Below, piece by piece: positions 28,027 to 30,359 of a DNA stretch of 30,359 nucleotides (positions within the stretch are counted from its first letter, which is position 1; the number at the start of each line of letters is the position of its first letter). Position numbers and translations under genes: made by a program. Below the pieces are notes generated by a model that saw nothing but the letters and a program-made list of their open reading frames with translations, did no database searches and was not told the DNA's origin. The stretch is from an uncultured Ruficoccus sp. (lineage in GTDB: Bacteria; Verrucomicrobiota; Verrucomicrobiia; Opitutales; Cerasicoccaceae): positions 1-30,359 of the forward strand of contig OZ223520.1 of NCBI GenBank assembly GCA_965140785.1. The letters run 5' to 3'.

Positions 28027-28803
28027 TCAAATTCGGGTGCCGCCCAGCTTCTTGACAAAGTCTCCATCCTGAAGCTGCGCTGCGGTCACCTGCCCGACAT
28101 GCCCGTCAAAGTAGAGCACGTTAGCGGCTCCGTTGTGACGCAGGGCAATCTGGTTCTCCAGAAATTCTCCACCGTGGGAAGGAGCAATCCCCCAACCGAT
28201 CTGCCAAGCCCCGCTATCGGTGGCACTTCCATCCCAGGCGTCCGCTACCAGCAGGGTCTCGGACGGATTCAGTAAACTCTCCGTGCGGACGCGGGGGACA
28301 GATGACTTTCCGGCCGGAAGCATGTAGCCGTTGATGCCGACATCAATCCCCGCGCCGCCCCAGCCATGGGATTCCGTCGCGCGACAGCAAAACGGCGTAT
28401 TCTGCGGCAGAGGCCAGTTCTGAGTATCGGTATGAAAGCGCCTCCCCTCGTCCAGGTAATCGCCAATCGCGTTGAACCAGAAACCGCCTTCGTCCGCCCA
28501 ACCCATGTTGCCATTCGCGTCGAAGGTCTGCGCCCGCGGGTATTCTCCACGGTTTTCACCTTTGAACATCTCGATCGCCATGGAGATTTCCCGCAGATTG
28601 GAAACGCAGCCCATCGACTGCGAGCGTTCGATCACGCCATGCACGACGGGGATCAGAATACTCGCCAGCGTCGCGATGACCGCGATGACCACCAGCAGTT
28701 CGATCAAGGTAAAGGCCGGGCGTTCACCTCGCCCGCCATCACAACGGGGAGCGGGGATTACGCATGCACGCTTTTTCACAACGTAGGGTATCATAGACAT
28801 CAT
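28027..28803 (-). CDS. Prepilin-type N-terminal cleavage/methylation protein with H-X9-DG C-terminal motif
   Basis: AFTLIELLVVIAVIATLASILIP, CVSNLREI, RHNGAANVLYFDGHV; exact start uncertain. Confidence 0.9.
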   Translation of the reverse strand: MMSMIPYVVKKRACVIPAPRCDGGRGERPAFTLIELLVVIAVIATLASILIPVVHGVIERSQSMGCVSNLREISMAIEMFKGENRGEYPRAQTFDANGNMGWADEGGFWFNAIGDYLDEGRRFHTDTQNWPLPQNTPFCCRATESHGWGGAGIDVGINGYMLPAGKSSVPRVRTESLLNPSETLLVADAWDGSATDSGAWQIGWGIAPSHGGEFLENQIALRHNGAANVLYFDGHVGQVTAAQLQDGDFVKKLGGTRI

Positions 28804-29063
28804 GGGCGACAAGAAGCATACCATCGCCATGGCGATTCTGCCATAAAGCAGTTGCCAAAGACCAGCACATACGTGCCAGGAAACACCGCCCGCCTGACGC
28901 CCTGGATATCCAGTCACGATGGCCTTGCGAACACTTTTGAGGCCAGCGCTGCACGGTCCACGGCGAATCGCCAGATGCCGCTCCAGGGCTTCACTTGGCG
29001 CGTTTCCGTCTCAATTGGGTATGGGGCGAGCATGGGATCACAATTTTCCATCGGCGTTTGTCG

Positions 29064-30352
29064 TCAAACCTGAGCCAAGGCCACGGGATCGTAATGGGGA
29101 GCGAAGAAGTGGTTGGCCGCGAAGGCGACCAGGTAGGCCACCGAGCAAAAACCGAAGACAATGGCGTAGCCGTTGACGAAATGATCCAGAATCATGCCGG
29201 TGGCAATGGGGAAAATCATGCCACCAATCGAGCCCGCCGTGCTGCCGATGCCGATCAGCTTGGCCACGGTCTTCTTGGGGAACACGTCGGACACCGTCGT
29301 GTAGAGGTTCGCCGACCAGGCCTGAGGCCGCTCCGGCCAGACCGATCAACACGACGGAGGTCCAATCTCCCACCCGCGTCACCAGCGCGATCGGCAGCAC
29401 TCACAGCGCGAAGCCGAACATCCCGGTCTTGCGCGCCCGGGTGACGCTCCAGCCACGTCCGGTCAACCAGCCGCCCGCGATGCTCAGCACCGTGATGATC
29501 GAGTAGATCGCCACCAGCAGCACCCAACTGCTCTTGATGTCAAGCCCGCTCGTGGCTTTGAAAAAGTCCGGCAGCCAGATCAGGAAAAACCATCACACCG
29601 GGTCGGTCAGGAACTCCGCCGCAATGAACGACCAGGCCTGGCGGTGACGCAGCACCTCGCCCCAGGTAACCGTGCCGGCCCCGTCGCTTTCGATGTGCGC
29701 CAACTCGGCGGGCGAGACCCGGCGCATCTTGCCGGATGCCCGAAAAACGCTCCCCACAGGATCAGCCACAGAAAGCCCGCGATCCCGGCGAAAATGAACG
29801 CCCAGTGCCAGCCCAGGGAGTAGGCGATCGCCGGAACAATCGCGGGCGCGGCAATCGCACCGACATTGGCTCCCGAGTTGAACAGACTGGTGGCCAGCGC
29901 GCGCTCACTCTTGGGAAACCACTGCGCGGTCGCCTTGACTGCGGCGGGGCAGTTCCCCCCTTCCCCGAGCCCGAGCGCGACGCGCGCGGTCATGAAGCCC
30001 CCGATCGAGCCGACCAGCGCGTGTCCCATGGCCGCGGGGCTCCACGCACCGATCGACACCGCGTAACCGATCTTCGTGCCGAAACGGTCGATGAACCACC
30101 CGAACACGAACAGGCTCACCCCGTAGGCCGCCTGGAAGGCCGCGTTGATCGCCCCGAACTGCGTGCCCGTCCAGCCCAATTGCTCGTCGAGCATCGGCTT
30201 GAGCAGCGACAAAATCTGCCGGTCAATGTAGTTTACCGTCGTCGCGAAAAAAACAACAGCGAGCAGATCACCCAACGGTAATGCGTCCGGGGTGCGTTCG
30301 GAGTGACGGCCAAGTCTGCTTCCGGCGAGTTTTGGATATTGGCAGTGATCAT
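29064..30352 (-). pseudogene. exuT: MFS hexuronate transporter (ExuT-like), multiply disrupted
   Basis: YRWVIC..FFATTVNYIDRQ, LGEGGN.PAA, WFPKSERA, TDPV*WFFLIWLP, QAWSANLYT. Frameshifts near 30250, 29730 and 29325; in-frame TGA at 29593-29595 and 29401-29403. Confidence 0.88.
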
Positions 30353-30359
30353 TTCAATT

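Noticed and set aside
29401..29595. TGA recoding (alternative genetic code)
   Set aside because: TGA is a normal stop elsewhere (ATGA overlaps at 6138, 8445, 10796), and the gene also has frameshifts.

Overview
GC-rich bacterial DNA, most likely Verrucomicrobiota/PVC (inferred from PEP-CTERM, prepilin/H-X9-DG and delta-60 repeat proteins). It has three parts. (1) 1-4100 is mobile/defence debris: a frameshifted delta-60 repeat gene, a degenerate IS3-family element (932-2304) that cuts the 5' end of an Abi_C/HEPN-like gene, an att-like site built on a tRNA 3' fragment, and a truncated integrase-core transposase. Both transposases are interrupted by 25-37 nt hairpin-like micro-insertions, two of which share one motif. 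(2) 4158-12271 is an intact probable stress module (PRC-barrel, soluble histidine kinase plus NarL-type regulator, transglutaminase, DUF2934-like protein, GT4 fusion, GH130), followed by a tRNA-Asn 3' half (att) and an intact tyrosine integrase. (3) After an abrupt junction near 14940, which joins a truncated MBL/beta-CASP nuclease to half a sialate O-acetylesterase, comes a partly broken carbohydrate-utilisation locus (AraC, two GH106-like enzymes, GH99-like/WbsX, PEP-CTERM, MFS transporters, pilin-like protein). Family calls come from motif recognition by eye; no searches were run.
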